A stretch of DNA of 64,000 nt, from positions 1-64,000 of the forward strand of contig NW_019091361.1 in assembly GCF_001949145.1 (NCBI RefSeq), written 5' to 3'. Source of the DNA: Acanthaster planci. Lineage: Eukaryota. Made by a program: the position numbers and the translations under genes. Shown piece by piece: positions 51,501 through 64,000 of the stretch. Under the pieces are notes generated by a model. The model ran no database searches. It was given only the letters and a program-made list of their open reading frames with translations, and was not told the origin of the DNA. Positions within the stretch are counted from its first letter, which is position 1, and each line of letters opens with the position of its first letter.

Positions 51501-53738
51501 ACTGGCGTAAAAATTTTGAATTGTTGTGTTTGCTTCTTTTTTCCAGGTCTTGATCCAGCTGGTCCATATTTTACTTCCACCGATACGGCTTGTCGTTTGG
51601 ATCCAAGTGACGCCATCTTTGTTGACGTCATCCACACTGATGCCGAAGTCATCGGCTGTGGCATCGAAGAGCCAGTTAGTTAACAGTATTAATGTTGCCA
51701 CTGTTTTCACATGCTGAAAAGTTCCGATGTCCGTGTCTGAAGTATACAACAGATATAATGATGTGTGCTGTCAGTGAATTAGCAAAGGTAATTCGAAGCA
51801 AAGGTAATAGCGAAGTATAATCATTATTTTTTCAGAGTGGACACATAGATTTCTACCCTAACAGTGGGAAGGAACAGCCTGGTTGTCCTGCTAATGTCGG
51901 GGACGTATGTAAGTTTCCTGTTGGGATTTCTGCAATTTATCTTTAATGGAGTAGATAATAATCATAAACAAGATATTATTGCAAGGATATAAATGATTTG
52001 CAAAGTTGCAATTGTACTAGAAATCAACAAATGGAGTTATAAGAACATTCTTGCAATTTATTGATGCTATAAACTTTGGTGCTCTAAAATGAAAGCAGTT
52101 GAATTTAATTCCAATGCAATTCAGGTAATAATATTATTATTATATATTTCTTGTAATGACACGAAGGATTCCTCAAAAGCCCCCTATGCACTGTAGCTCG
52201 CATGCCTGAAGAAACCTGTAGAGAGAAGACAGTGAGAGGTAGTTTTTTTTAGAGGTGGGAGGAAAACCCCAGATGAATATTTTTGGTAAAACCTTGGGAA
52301 TCAGGTAGGGACTGAAAACCCATTCCACACGTGGACCGAGCTGGGATTAGAACTGGGCCCCAGAGGTGGAAGGCGAGGAAAGAACCACTACGCCAACCTG
52401 ACTCCCCTACATTATTAAATGTAGGCCCTATCAACAAAGAAGGTCTACAGAACACAATCAGAACAGATTTTCTTTGACATGAGGGAACATAATCAACACA
52501 GGTTTCTTTTTACGGCCGATTTCCCATTGAATAAAGATGGTTGAGATGGTTAGAAATTAAATCAGGATGCGTTGATGGCAACCAATCTGCATTACACCGT
52601 TGTCTTTCTAAAACAAAAGCCTCATCTATACCTTTTTTGTTTTCAATGAAAGGGGCAAGTCCCTCAGAATTGGAAATTAAGAACAAGTCCTTAAATTTAA
52701 GTTTCTAATTGATTCAATTAATGGCTATTTCAACAGAATGATTGCAATTCTCCTTTTCTGTTAAAGGACGTTGTAAATTTGAAGCGACCCTCTCAGAGTT
52801 TCAGTTTTACACCTTTTAGTGATCATGGGCACCATCAATAACATGGTCAACAGAGATCCTACAACACATCTTATAAAAACCGAACTAATTATGACGTACA
52901 TGGAAATAAAAATTGGACAGGAAGTTCAAGGCACACAAGATGTATTGAAAGATGACTGCGGGATTATAGGGGTTGTTTGTTGAATTAGTGTTATTTTTCT
53001 TTACTTGTTTTGATTTGATGTTGTCTTCAATCTTTTGTAAATCCCTTTCTCCCTTTTTAAAATTTGTAATTCAGAATGAGCGAGATATCTAGCAAATTGT
53101 CTTATTTCCACTCATTAACGTATACATTTTAAATGTATTTCTACCAGGTTATGATCATTTTAATTCCGATGTTTTAATTTTAAATTGTGCATTTTAATTA
53201 ATGCATGCTTGTTATTTTGTTCACGTTAAATTTCCCATCTTTGTTTCTTTTGGGCAATTCTTCAGGAGCTGTTCAGTTTCATTTTTTTCTGTCGTGGTCT
53301 TGGATGTTATTGTCTGGTTTGTTTATTTGTGTGTGTTATTTTGGGGGTGTTGGCGTGTTTGTTTGTTTATTACATTTATGATGCTTTCTTTTCTAATTTG
53401 TAAAGTCTAATTCCTGGAAACAAAGCAAAATAGGTTTAAATCTTATATACAACAGTACTTATGTTTGTTTTTACTTTAATTTCACCTTCGAAGCCGATCC
53501 CTTTGAGGTTAGCTGCAGCCACATTCGTGTCTTGGACTTCTACATCGAGAGCTTGGATTCCAGCCAGTGTGAATTTGTTGCCTACCCGTGTTCCAACTGG
53601 GACCGGTTTGTAAATGGGCAGTGCACCAGCTGCGGTTGGAAAGGGTGCCCCAAGATGGGATACTGGGCCGATCGATCTTTAGCAACTGGTAACTTCTACT
53701 TACAGACTGGAGCTCAGTCGCCTTTCTGTGCATTCTAA
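48562..53738 (+). CDS. Pancreatic lipase-related protein (lipase B), catalytic domain only, 7 exons, ~340 aa
   Basis: Exons: 48562-48616, 48848-48999, 49361-49501, 49695-49923, 51547-51674, 51836-51908, 53494-53738; GT-AG and in frame. Signal peptide [32 protein letters not shown]; ends SPFCAF*. Confidence 0.92.
50021..51230 (-). mobile_element. Decayed L2/CR1-group LINE 3' portion in lipase B intron 4
   Basis: Minus-strand remnants [17 protein letters not shown] and [13 protein letters not shown]; 3' end CAGGGCCCC..CCCTGGATAAATAAAG followed by a (TAAA)n tail. Confidence 0.8.
52245..52408 (-). mobile_element. tRNA-derived SINE in lipase B intron 6
   Basis: Minus strand TGGCGTAGTGG (A-box), CTCGCCTTCCACC, GTTCTAATCCC (B-box-like), then body ..GGGTTTTCCTCCCAC. 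Confidence 0.7.
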
Positions 53739-55219
53739 TTGCGCTTGACGAGGACAACAAACCTGTCTGGTATTATAAATGAGCATCAGAAATTAGAATC
53801 GAATCCCTGACCTCTATTAGCTCAGAGATTTTTGTTAAAACTACAGTTATACAAGTTTCTTTTTGATTAAGAAATACAATGGTTTTTTTTAAATTACATG
53901 CCTCAATGTCTTACTTAGATTTGTTAAGTTACTGGATCACTGAATGGACACTTCGCATGCACTATTAGCCATACAGCAGTAAAGGGATGCAAATAGCGTT
54001 TCGAGTCTTGGGTATGGGATATAATTGTTTCAAAAAAAAAAACGACCGTCGAAATGTTTCATCGTATCTCGGGATCAACTCGTATGGAGTGAGGGAATTT
54101 AGCCCTACTTCCCCCTCCCCCATACTCGCTGGTCGGCACCTTCCAATTATTTAATCAGAAATCACTTGAAAAACTCATGACACTCGTTAAAGGGAGAATG
54201 TTACGCAATGATTATCATCAAAGATAATACAATCATGTCATAAAATGAGATTCCGTAAATGCTTACTGGGTTTCCTATCCGATGTCACATCAAAAAGAAA
54301 TCATAGCAAATACAGATTGGATAACAACAGTTTTTGTAACAATTGATTTGTGAATTCCAAGATTGATCTTCCTCATTTTTCGCATTGGCGAGAAAGTCTA
54401 TTCCTTGTTATTGAAACAACTCAAGCCGTTAATCGTGGGCATTGCGAGGGGGAAGGGGGCGCTTGCCTCCTGGAAGAAAATTAATATGGGAAAGGAAGAA
54501 TGCAAAAGAAAATTTTCAAAAAGGTGAAAGGGGTGGAATCACCATTTGCTTTAAATAAAGCTTCCCCGGAAAAAAAATCCTGGCAATGCCCATGCATGAA
54601 CTGCGTTGAGGAAGAAACACTCATAAATGCAAACTATATTCAACTACATAGAGTTAGGCATAGTATGGCAGTGTTGTTTTAGCTACGGTTACAGACATAG
54701 ATTTATCTTACACAGAGTTTAGTCGGAGTTTCAGAAGTACAGGTATAGTAGTTCTTGTGACGATATCTCATTATTTGCTTTAAACCATTACTCTGTGCAG
54801 TGTGTCAGTGGTATTAATCGGATTACAATGGATCAGATAACTACTAAGATCACGAGATGCTAAGTCGGCCATTTCCTAGCAACTGGTGGCCTTCTTATCG
54901 ACATGATTCTGCACTGTGTTCCGAACCTCACGCAATTATCTTCAAAATGACATAAGCAAATACCCATAATTAGCAAGCCGCAACTTTGGCCCAAAAGGTA
55001 AACTTTGGTTTAAAACTTTGATATAAGGATGGTCTGAGGGTGATACTTTGACGGAGTTATAAATAAAAAGGGGCTACACGGGCTCAGTAGCAGTTAGACT
55101 GACTGTGGAAATAATTATCATCCACCAAATAACAGGGCATTTTCAAGATAGCTTAAGATCACTTTACACTCGATCGACTGTGGAATCAGTGTTGTTTCTC
55201 CGCCATCATCGTCATCATC

Positions 55220-58200
55220 ATGAAACGATTTCTATTGGTGGCAAGTTGCCTTCTGAATCTGTGCTTTCAATCAGGTAAGATTAATTATCCGTTAACGTAA
55301 AGATGTAACTCGTTTGGTGCATCCTGGTAGATGTGTTTTGCAGGTGTCAATACAGTACTGAAGGTTTAGTTTTTTGAAGGGTTTTGTATGTAGCTTCTTG
55401 AAAGACTATTAACGGAACTTTGCTTCCGGATACTGCTTTCCCTGATGTCATAAAACAAGCAATGCTTGTGAGCATCAGATTCACAGTTCGGTTTTTCCGG
55501 AGGGGATTCGAACCCACGACTTCCTCCTGACCAGTGCAGACGTCTTCATCACTGACCACTGAATCTGCTTTGGTCGGCACAGTCTTGTCAATCCGAATCT
55601 CATATGCCAGTGCGTATCCATGCAGTTTACTGGATAAGAAGTTTTGCGTTTAGGGTACATGATCTTCACTCGTGAATTCTGATAGCACCTTTTTACTGTA
55701 AATTTTGTCATAGTGAATGCGTTCAATCAGTTCATGATGTGCGTCTTGATAACTCTTTCAGTTTTTGCTGAGGAGATATGCTACGATGATCTCGGCTGCT
55801 TCTCAAACGATCCACCATACGATGTCTTCTTCAGGTTTCCGCCAAAAAGCCCTGACTACATCAACACACAGTTTTTGTTGTTTACTCGCCTAAATACGGA
55901 ATTGTACATGAAGGTATGCCTGAGGTTATACCCGAATAATCAACAGCTTAAAAGTCACACCTTCTTTTACTTAGTACAATGTATGAGCTGGATATCATAT
56001 GAAATAAAGTCTTCTTATAAAACTGACAACCAATTCGTAAAGCTGCGTCTCTCTCAGCCTTAAAGTGTAGCTGTAATGAATTCTTTTACTATTTTTATTT
56101 AACTTTGAATTATTCAATCTGTGGTTAAATGCATTAAAAAATTCATGCTTTAGACTATTAAAATTACCCATTCTTTCCTGGACAACTGTTGCTGTAAACA
56201 GGCCTAGATTCAGTTCACAAGTGTTTCTGTTCAAATTGTAAACCCAGAATATAACTAACTGAAAACATTACAGAGAGAGAGATTAATGCTTTCTTATTGC
56301 TGTGTACATAAATAACAGAATCAGTAATGAAGAGAAAAATGAGTCCAGGAAAATCTAAAAAGATGCAGGGTTTTTTGTGTTCAAACCAATGTAGCATTGA
56401 GGATTCTTCCCGATATGACATCACAGTTTTGCTCATGAATATGGATATATCATCAGCATAAAAACCAAAAGGCGGTACAATGTACCCTTTGAAATCGTGA
56501 AACAAATGTTGAACCAAGGTTAACTGAGACACAAGGGTGCAGTTTGAAGATCTGTATTCAAACAATTGATTGTAGCTTCCCTTTAACCAAGACACTGGGC
56601 TTGTCATTCAGTGTAGGCCTATTCCATAAGCCTGGTGTGTGGCGAATGATGAATGGAAAGTTGATGTGACGCACACTTTCCATGGTTACAAGGCTAGCGT
56701 TTGTCAGTGTATTTTAATTAGTGCGCATTTCTGTTCTCTTCATGCAAAACTTCTCAGACACACTTTCGCAATGCATGCAGGCCCACTCGTGAGGTGAACG
56801 CTCCTACGGAACAGCCTTTCTAAGACCCTTGGGTCTGTAGTGTTGTTGGCATTTCCTACTCCATTCAAAAAACCATACCAGAGGTCTCCCTCCAGTGAGT
56901 TTGGCCTCTGAAAACCTTAAGTCAATGCTGAATTTAATAACCTTTATCAATAAACCTTTACAGATTGACCGAACAGACCCATCCTCCCTCCAGTATTCTA
57001 CATTCAACGCCTTAAGAAGAACAGTAATTCTCATCCATGGCTATACAGAGAAAGGAGCCAGATCAGAATGGATGAAGGAACTGAAAGACCAGCTTCTCAC
57101 AACGGTAATGGAAATCTAAATTTACCCTATAATACAATAAATCTTCCATCAAAATATATGATGAAAAAATCATTTGCGTTTTCAGAAGGTGGAAGTTTTT
57201 GTTCCTATAACTACGAGACGCATGTAAACAAGATTTTTAACCGTTACAACACAATTTCTTAACAGTAATTCCATTTTTTGCTGAATAGAGAAATGGAGAA
57301 CCTCCATCAAACTTGAATAGTTTTGAAGGTATTTTTCCTCGTCCATCTGTAGGAAAACCTAAACGTGTTCATTGTGGACTGGGGAGCTGGGGCAAGGAAT
57401 CTATACGGCCAGTCAGTGCAAAACATTCGCGTTGTTGGTCGTGTTATAGCCAGATTTATGCAGTTTTTGAACACCCAAACTGGAGCAAATTTCGCCCGTA
57501 TGCATCTCATTGGCCACAGTCTCGGGGCGCACATCGCTGGCTATGCAGGAGCTTTCCAACCAGGAATCGGTAGAATCACAGGTGGGAGCCCTTCCAAATC
57601 TCTCAATGATGGTTCTCAATTCAAATCTCCCAATGATTGGATGTTCTTAATAGGAAACAATGCCAAAACAGGTAGGAAATATGTCCTGCAAAGGGCACGT
57701 TCATGTCAAACAAAGAACATGCACAGCGTACTGTCAAAAGGAGACGGCTTATGTCCTTTCTCCGAAATACCTACGCAGACATCGACTAAGTTGGTCCAAT
57801 GACGAATGACGTTGTACAAAGAGAAAACAGAAGTTAGCAGAGCCATCATTTCCTTCAAGCGAGTACAATCTCTCTATGTATTTGTTTTTCTTAGGTCTTG
57901 ATGCTGCTGGACCGAATTTTTCCGGCAATGATCCGGCTTGTCGTCTGGATCCTACCGACGCCATTTTTGTTGACGCAATTCACACCGATGCTGAAGTGCT
58001 AGGACTTGGAATCGTTCAACCGGTTCGTTTTGGCCCCTACCAATATTAAAAAACTAACTCGACAAAATGTGTTGCATTATGTCTCGCTTTCCCCTTCATA
58101 GTTAAGTACTGTTTCAACTTATCTTGGTTTAATTTCTTGTTACTCCAGGTTGGTCACATGGATTTCTATCCAAATGGCGGGAAAGAGCAGCCTGGATGTC

Positions 58201-58640
58201 CTGCTACCGTCGGGGATGTTATACGTAAGTGGCTGTTTTGTTTTTATTACTGCTTCATCACGTGACTTAAAGGCGAGGCATATAATGAAATGACACCTGT
58301 TTAAAAAGTCATTCTTACAATCAAAAACTTTAAAGACTAATGAAACCTTGGCACGTGTTTATATTGTGTATTGTTTGTGTATTTCTATGATACAGTGGAC
58401 CCGATGGAGGTCAGTTGTAGCCACAGCCGTGTTCTCCAGCTATTCACTGACAGTTTGAACTCAAGTCAGTGCCAGTTTATTAGCTACCCTTGTCGCAGTT
58501 GGGACGACTTCGTGGATGGCAAGTGTAATGATTGTGGTCTTATGGGCTGTCCTAGGATGGGATACTGGGCTGATTTGTCGCTGGCAAGTGGAAGTTTTTA
58601 TCTGCGAACAGGTCAAGGGTCGCCGTTTTGCAAAGTTTAG
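55220..58640 (+). CDS. Pancreatic lipase-related protein (lipase C), catalytic domain only, 7 exons, ~341 aa
   Basis: Exons: 55220-55274, 55762-55913, 56964-57104, 57353-57581, 57895-58022, 58149-58224, 58396-58640; GT-AG and in frame. Signal peptide [33 protein letters not shown]; ends SPFCKV*. Confidence 0.92.
55497..55570 (-). mobile_element. tRNA-like SINE head related to the 18178-18250 module
   Basis: Minus strand GTGGTCAGTG..GAAGACGTCTGCACTGGTCAGGAGGAAGTCGTGGGTTCGAATCCC aligns by eye with the tRNA-like centre of the 18024 element. Confidence 0.6.
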
Positions 58641-59937
58641 TTTGGCTAGAATGAATCTCAAGTTTCCTGATAAAGGTTTCACATAGGTTGTATCCTATGT
58701 ACTTTTTTATTTCTTGATATTTTTATAACGCGACTTTTTATAATGTTCTCAGCCTTTACGCATTCTAACTCAGTGTCTAGTCAGCTTATCTAATAATGGT
58801 ATTTTATACATCCCTGGACTTTTATTCTGTACAAGCAATGAATCAACGATGTCGTCAATCATGTCGATCGTATGATGCCATGATAACATCTGTAAATTAT
58901 GTAATATGGGGAAAACGCTCGAACAATTGTTCTTTGAGTACTACCGAAACACGTAAGCCTAATGCCGGCAGCAGATACTCAAAGAACTGACCATAAGGTC
59001 ACCCCCAGCTCCATTTAATGGGTTCCGTCACAACAAAAAGTGGCCTAAATTTTCAACCATTCGGAGGGAAATGGGTTGGCACTGTATTACAGTGTCAAGT
59101 TGGAACCTAGTGAAAGATGAGTAATCCTATGTTTTCTTTCTTAAAACGTAGTACAACTAGAACACTTTCTTTGATGGGCCTTTCATGAAACCAGCTTGTT
59201 GCAATATTAAATGTATTCGTTTATATTTTTACATACATGTACATTGGTCTCTTGTGCCGTATAGCTGTGAACAAGATCACTTTTGTAAAATGCTGTTACT
59301 TGTAGAAAAGATTTTTAAGGTTAAACATGTTCCGTGCATAGCGTGTAGATCCGTTTTCACCCCCTAATTGTAAGTTTGGCTTGTGTCTCGTATATATCCC
59401 AATCACATGTGAAGATTTTTCTTCTTCAAAATACTTGTACATGCCATGTACGTGTACATCCAGGAAAACGGAAGACACGCCCCCCCCCATTTTTACCATA
59501 GGGATGGGTAATGGTATTTTCAATCCCCCCCAAAAAACTGTCCGTTTTGTCCTTTTCCCTTCCTGTCACTGAACACGATCGTGTAAAATAAATAAATAAC
59601 AATTATAACTTTCAAAGAAAAGTCTCTTGAATGTCTGGATTTCTGCTTGTGACTGATATGGATATTTAATTCGGGGCTCACCTTTCGTCTTTGGCATGTG
59701 TTTATTTTGCTATTTTATCATTAGTGATCCCCATCTGTGTAAGACCTCGAATTGCCATTGCCCGAGAGAAAGTAATTTATTATAACATACTATAATTATG
59801 CTCCTTATATGCTGAATGCGTCTACCTGTCCTATGGATGAGGCTAAAAACAAGATCTCCTCCAAACAGAACTATACGTTGGAGTTTGAGGTAAGGCTGTT
59901 GCTATATATAAGCTTGCAGGCCAGTAAATGGTCCCAA

Positions 59938-60115
59938 AATACGGGCGATTCACAATAGTGCGCCTCCAAGAGTTTGCAACGCGTTGCGGGCTAATCACAA
60001 CGCGCGAAATTTGTCGACCATTTCCAAACGCGCATTAGGTTGAAAGATTTCGCGCATTGTGATTGGCCAACGCGTTGCAAACTCTTACAGGCACCTATTT
60101 TGAAACGTCCGTATT
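59938..60115. mobile_element. Near-fully palindromic MITE (~178 bp)
   Basis: AATACGGGCG..AAGAGTTTGCAACGCGTTG..AATCACAACGCGCGAAAT mirrored by ATTTCGCGCATTGTGATT..CAACGCGTTGCAAACTCTT..CGTCCGTATT. Confidence 0.85.
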
Positions 60116-61849
60116 GCCTTCATGTCACAGACTAGATCACGATTTACATGCTGTCAATTTTTCTGCTGCTTGTTCGTGACACGTGGACTGGATGGTTTGC
60201 AAACAAGAAGGATGGATCATTGAACTTACAAGCAACAAGACTGCCGACTGGTACTTCTGAAAGTATTGGACAAAATGAGGCCCTCTATATCGCTCTATTT
60301 TGGAATGGAGTGTAGGCATCAATTTTCAAAATGGCGATGGGCCTCGTAACTGTTTTGAGGGGTAATTTTCTCTGGAGAGCAATATTTTCAAAAGTCATCA
60401 GTTAAGCCACTGAAAAGTGAGAGGAAAAATGAAAGATAAGGAAGTGAACTTCAATTTGATATGTGTCTTGAACACCTGTGAAATTTGTAAGTAGTTTTCC
60501 TGATTTTTTAAAGTGGGGATATTTATCACTGATGTCTGCGGCAGCTTACTCACTGGTCTGTACTCGTAAACGCTGTCCAACGTTTGTAATGAAGATTGCG
60601 CCCTCAAATTGACATTTATAGGCCCCAATGTGAAACAAAAATCAAATAAAGCGCCCTCTAGCAATACATGACGATTCCTAATCAACTTGCACAAGAAGAC
60701 TCGCTTATGGATCCACCGCATGTCAAACGTCTTTCATCAAGATTATCCTAAAAAAACTTTACTTACCCCAAATGTGCACGTTGCTTGAGTTGAACTTATT
60801 CCAAAATCTTTGTTTTCCAATTATCAATTCTAAAAGTCCTTAATATTACAGTTCTCAGCACATTTACACACACCGGAGAGTAAGATCATAGGTCAAGCAT
60901 TTGCGTCCGAAGCCATGATGAAGTCTGTAAATATAGACCACAAACGCCAGTTTATATCTTTTTTACAAATTCGGTCTGATCAGTGGAAGATCCAGTGTAA
61001 GCCAAGGCGTAACTGAAAAAATGATCATCTCTTTGTTCATCCCAGTGAAACGTTCGTATAAAAAAACAGAATAAAGCAATAACCGTTTCATAAATCATTG
61101 CACAGATCATTTAAGATGAGGTTTGGTTCATATTTTGGATTACTCATGTAACAAATAGAAGGCTTACCTCCGCGTTAGCGTATGTACAAGTGCAACATTA
61201 TAAACACCTTTATTATCATATATTTGCATAACCCCGACGGATAAATATTTGTGCGAGTGCATCGTTTTGAGAGTTGGAGTCATTTCAAACTGATTATCTA
61301 TTTATACTGATTGAAAAATTAATGATTATATCAATAATTCCAGGGCCATGGATTATGCATCTGCCACGATTCTCAGTATCTGTGGTGTCATACAGCACGT
61401 TGAACGCGTTCGTCACGTCTGATTTGAATAATCATGAGTACTTCCATACCGAATAATATACGCATACAGTTTATATCTTGCAGGCAAATGCTATATTTTA
61501 AAAGAGGTCACATGCAATTTTTCATAGTTTCTAATATTCTACCGAAATCAGTGTAGGTCATGTTGCAGTAAATTTCTCATAAATAAACGAATAGCAGAGT
61601 TCAACTTTTCCCTTGCAGTTGCTTTTTAATTGTTTATTTGCAACTCATTTCTGTATTTTCCTGCTGGGTGAATCGAGGTCAAATAGAAGTGGAAGTCATA
61701 ATAGGTGCGGCAGTCCATTTTTTGTTTTGATTGTAATATCGACGGACATGGGATTTTCCCTCCCACAGTTCAATTTATATTTTGCACTTACGATTCTGAG
61801 AAGGGACAGTGTACCGAAAGACAGCTACCAACTGGACAACGTGCAGGGA

Positions 61850-62081
61850 GTAGCGCCACGAAGGCGCGCAACCAATCAGAGTGATTGGAATAATTAATTT
61901 TGATGGATTATAGATACGGACATTGCAAACCATGGGCGACGTACACGAACGGGTCGCTGCCTATTGTAATAACAGTCGTTAGACGAGCTGTCTGTGCACG
62001 TGACAGCAGCGACACGATAACCGGGACGAGCTGTCTGTTATGATGGTAATATTCAAGCTGTAATCGTGTACAAGAGTAAGT
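61850..62081 (+). promoter_or_regulatory. Putative promoter and non-coding first exon of the dynein light chain gene
   Basis: Locally CpG-rich, paired CCAAT (61872) and ATTGG (61884) boxes, consensus donor GTAAGT at 62076, and a pyrimidine-rich acceptor ending CAG at 63544 just upstream of the ATG. Confidence 0.4.
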
Positions 62082-63579
62082 CAGAACTTACCCCTTGTTT
62101 ACTATGCAGATACCAGTATTTTACCGAGATACCATTTGCAACACTGTGGCTTCACAATGTATTAAGCATGATCAAATAAACATCATCTCAATTTTCGCTG
62201 TTTTTGAGACAAATATTTCGTCAACATAATATTGAGTTTGGTTTAGTTTGCGTGAACTACTTTTCCTGCAGGCAGAGAAAATTCATTATTGAATTACTGT
62301 TGTTAACACAAATTTATTTTGAGCTCCATAAAAGTTTGTTTTGTAGCCAGCAACTTAACGCATTATTTAACACGGACTGTGAAACAGAAATGTAGGCCTA
62401 CTGAGCTGCACACAGTAAAGAATTATTACGGAGAGATTTTTTATTTTCTGATTACATGTATCTGTATTTCAAGTTTTGTTTTAGTTTTCTATAGGGCGCT
62501 CTTAGAGTTTAAATGTCAATGTATAAAATGTCTGGCATACCATACCACTATTACCCTACACATGACGACCGGCGGAATGCACATGCTTACGTTCTATTCA
62601 ATCCATTTTTAGATGAGCAGATGACTGCAGCTTGCAGCTTTTAATACTGTTAACCAGCCATGTTGTTTTATAAGTTTTTTAAATTTGTTAACTGATTGCA
62701 AAGAATGTTTACCGCATCACTTTTAAACAACTGCAGTTATTTAAGTCTAATGTGTATGCTCTCAGTTACTTCTCATTTGCGAAACCTGAAAATACACTTC
62801 CTGTGGACCCAAAGTCCAAATTTTCTGAATAGATATGCTCATAAATTATTTTTCAATTATTTTGCTGGTGGGCATAAAACGATGTTACAATCCACAGTTA
62901 TCGCAGATGATACTTGAAAATTTTGTTTCTCATATAATTTCCGTCAGATCTTATTTTAAAATTATTTTTAAAATTTATCTCCAGTGACAACTACTAAAGG
63001 TTATACGTCATTTACTAATTAGTGTATTAAAACATTATCAAAATACACATTACACAGTAAACATTCAACATAAAAAATTCACTATGAAAGATATCTCAAA
63101 ACATCAAGAAATAACAAGAGCTAAAAATAATATACATAAAAAAGGGAAAATATTCAAAGGACATCACAGCCCAAATAGACAGACAGCCCGTCATGCCAAT
63201 TGACAAAAGGCTACAGGCCCGTGAATGACTTCATATAAAAACAATCGAAAACAGCAAAAACATGAAAGGTTATTACAATCCCGTAAACCCTTACTTAGAG
63301 AGTGAGAAAGGTGCAAAAATACTGTTATCCTTACCTTTGGTTTCAAACTGCGCTTGCTTAAGTTATTGGTTGTCCTTTCTAGAAACGATTTGACGTTAAT
63401 ACATGTAATGCCATTCCAAACAATAAGACTTCAAACGGCGTTTTCCGTGTGCATGGGCTATTGCCATAAATTAACCAGTCGAAATTCAGGACTGACTTTA
63501 TCTCTTTCATTTTTATTCTCTATTATTGCCTGTATCTCGCACAGAAATATCAACTAGTTGTGGTTAACCCAGAACTATC

Positions 63580-63861
63580 ATGGCCCAGGATTCTATCCCG
63601 TCGAAAGCTGTGATCAAGAGCGCCGACATGAGCGAAGACGAGCAGCAAGACGCCATCGAATGTGCGCAAAAAGCTATGGAGAAGTTCAACATTGAAAAGG
63701 ATATCGCTGCCAGCATCAAAAAGGAGTTTGATAGTAAACACAACCCGACGTGGCACTGCATTGTGGGTAGGAACTTCGGCAGTTACGTCACCCACGAGAC
63801 TAAACACTTTATCTACTTCTATCTAGGCCAGGTAGCCATATTACTCTTCAAATCCGGGTAG
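63580..63861 (+). CDS. DYNLL: Dynein light chain LC8 family (DYNLL-like), 93 aa, uninterrupted CDS
   Basis: [24 protein letters not shown]...[39 protein letters not shown]; the C-terminal half matches canonical LC8. Confidence 0.95.
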   Translation: MAQDSIPSKAVIKSADMSEDEQQDAIECAQKAMEKFNIEKDIAASIKKEFDSKHNPTWHCIVGRNFGSYVTHETKHFIYFYLGQVAILLFKSG

Positions 63862-64000
63862 CCAGGGCGATTTTCGTAGACGAGTCCGATTAAAATCTTG
63901 CAGAACTTTGGTAATAATCTGAAGGAAAAAATGGAAAAGGTCTGTTTATCATATTTTCCAGTTATAGTTTTGTAGGGTAAAGGTGTCATTCTCATAGCTA

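Noticed and set aside
8774..58640. Functional PKDCC-lipase system inferred from adjacency (a secreted kinase acting on secreted lipases)
   Set aside because: Neighbourhood in an animal genome is not evidence of coupling; it would need conserved synteny and co-expression.

Overview
Eukaryotic draft-assembly DNA (GT-AG introns, N gaps), most likely from a marine invertebrate deuterostome such as an echinoderm; the taxon is an inference from gene style, not shown directly. From left to right: (1) degenerate CCCTAA telomere-type repeats followed by a ~35-bp satellite built from the same motif; (2) an intronless class A GPCR with almost no N-terminus (+, 5972-6874); (3) a complete 7-exon PKDCC/VLK secretory-pathway kinase gene (-, 8774-25546, ~550 aa); (4) a ~12-kb intergenic stretch; (5) three 7-exon pancreatic-lipase-family genes (one -, two +), all with an intact Ser-Asp-His triad, short lids and no C-terminal PLAT domain; (6) a divergent LC8 dynein light chain gene (+, 63580-63861). 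Introns and spacers hold decayed CR1/L2-type LINEs, tRNA-derived SINE heads, several MITEs, a ~2.9-kb foldback-like inverted repeat and palindromic elements wrapped around tRNA-like sequence. All gene models were spliced by hand and are consistent in frame and phase. I found no clearly new biological system. The best leads are the PLA1-like mini-lipase cluster, the tRNA-containing palindromic repeat family and the telomere-motif satellite.
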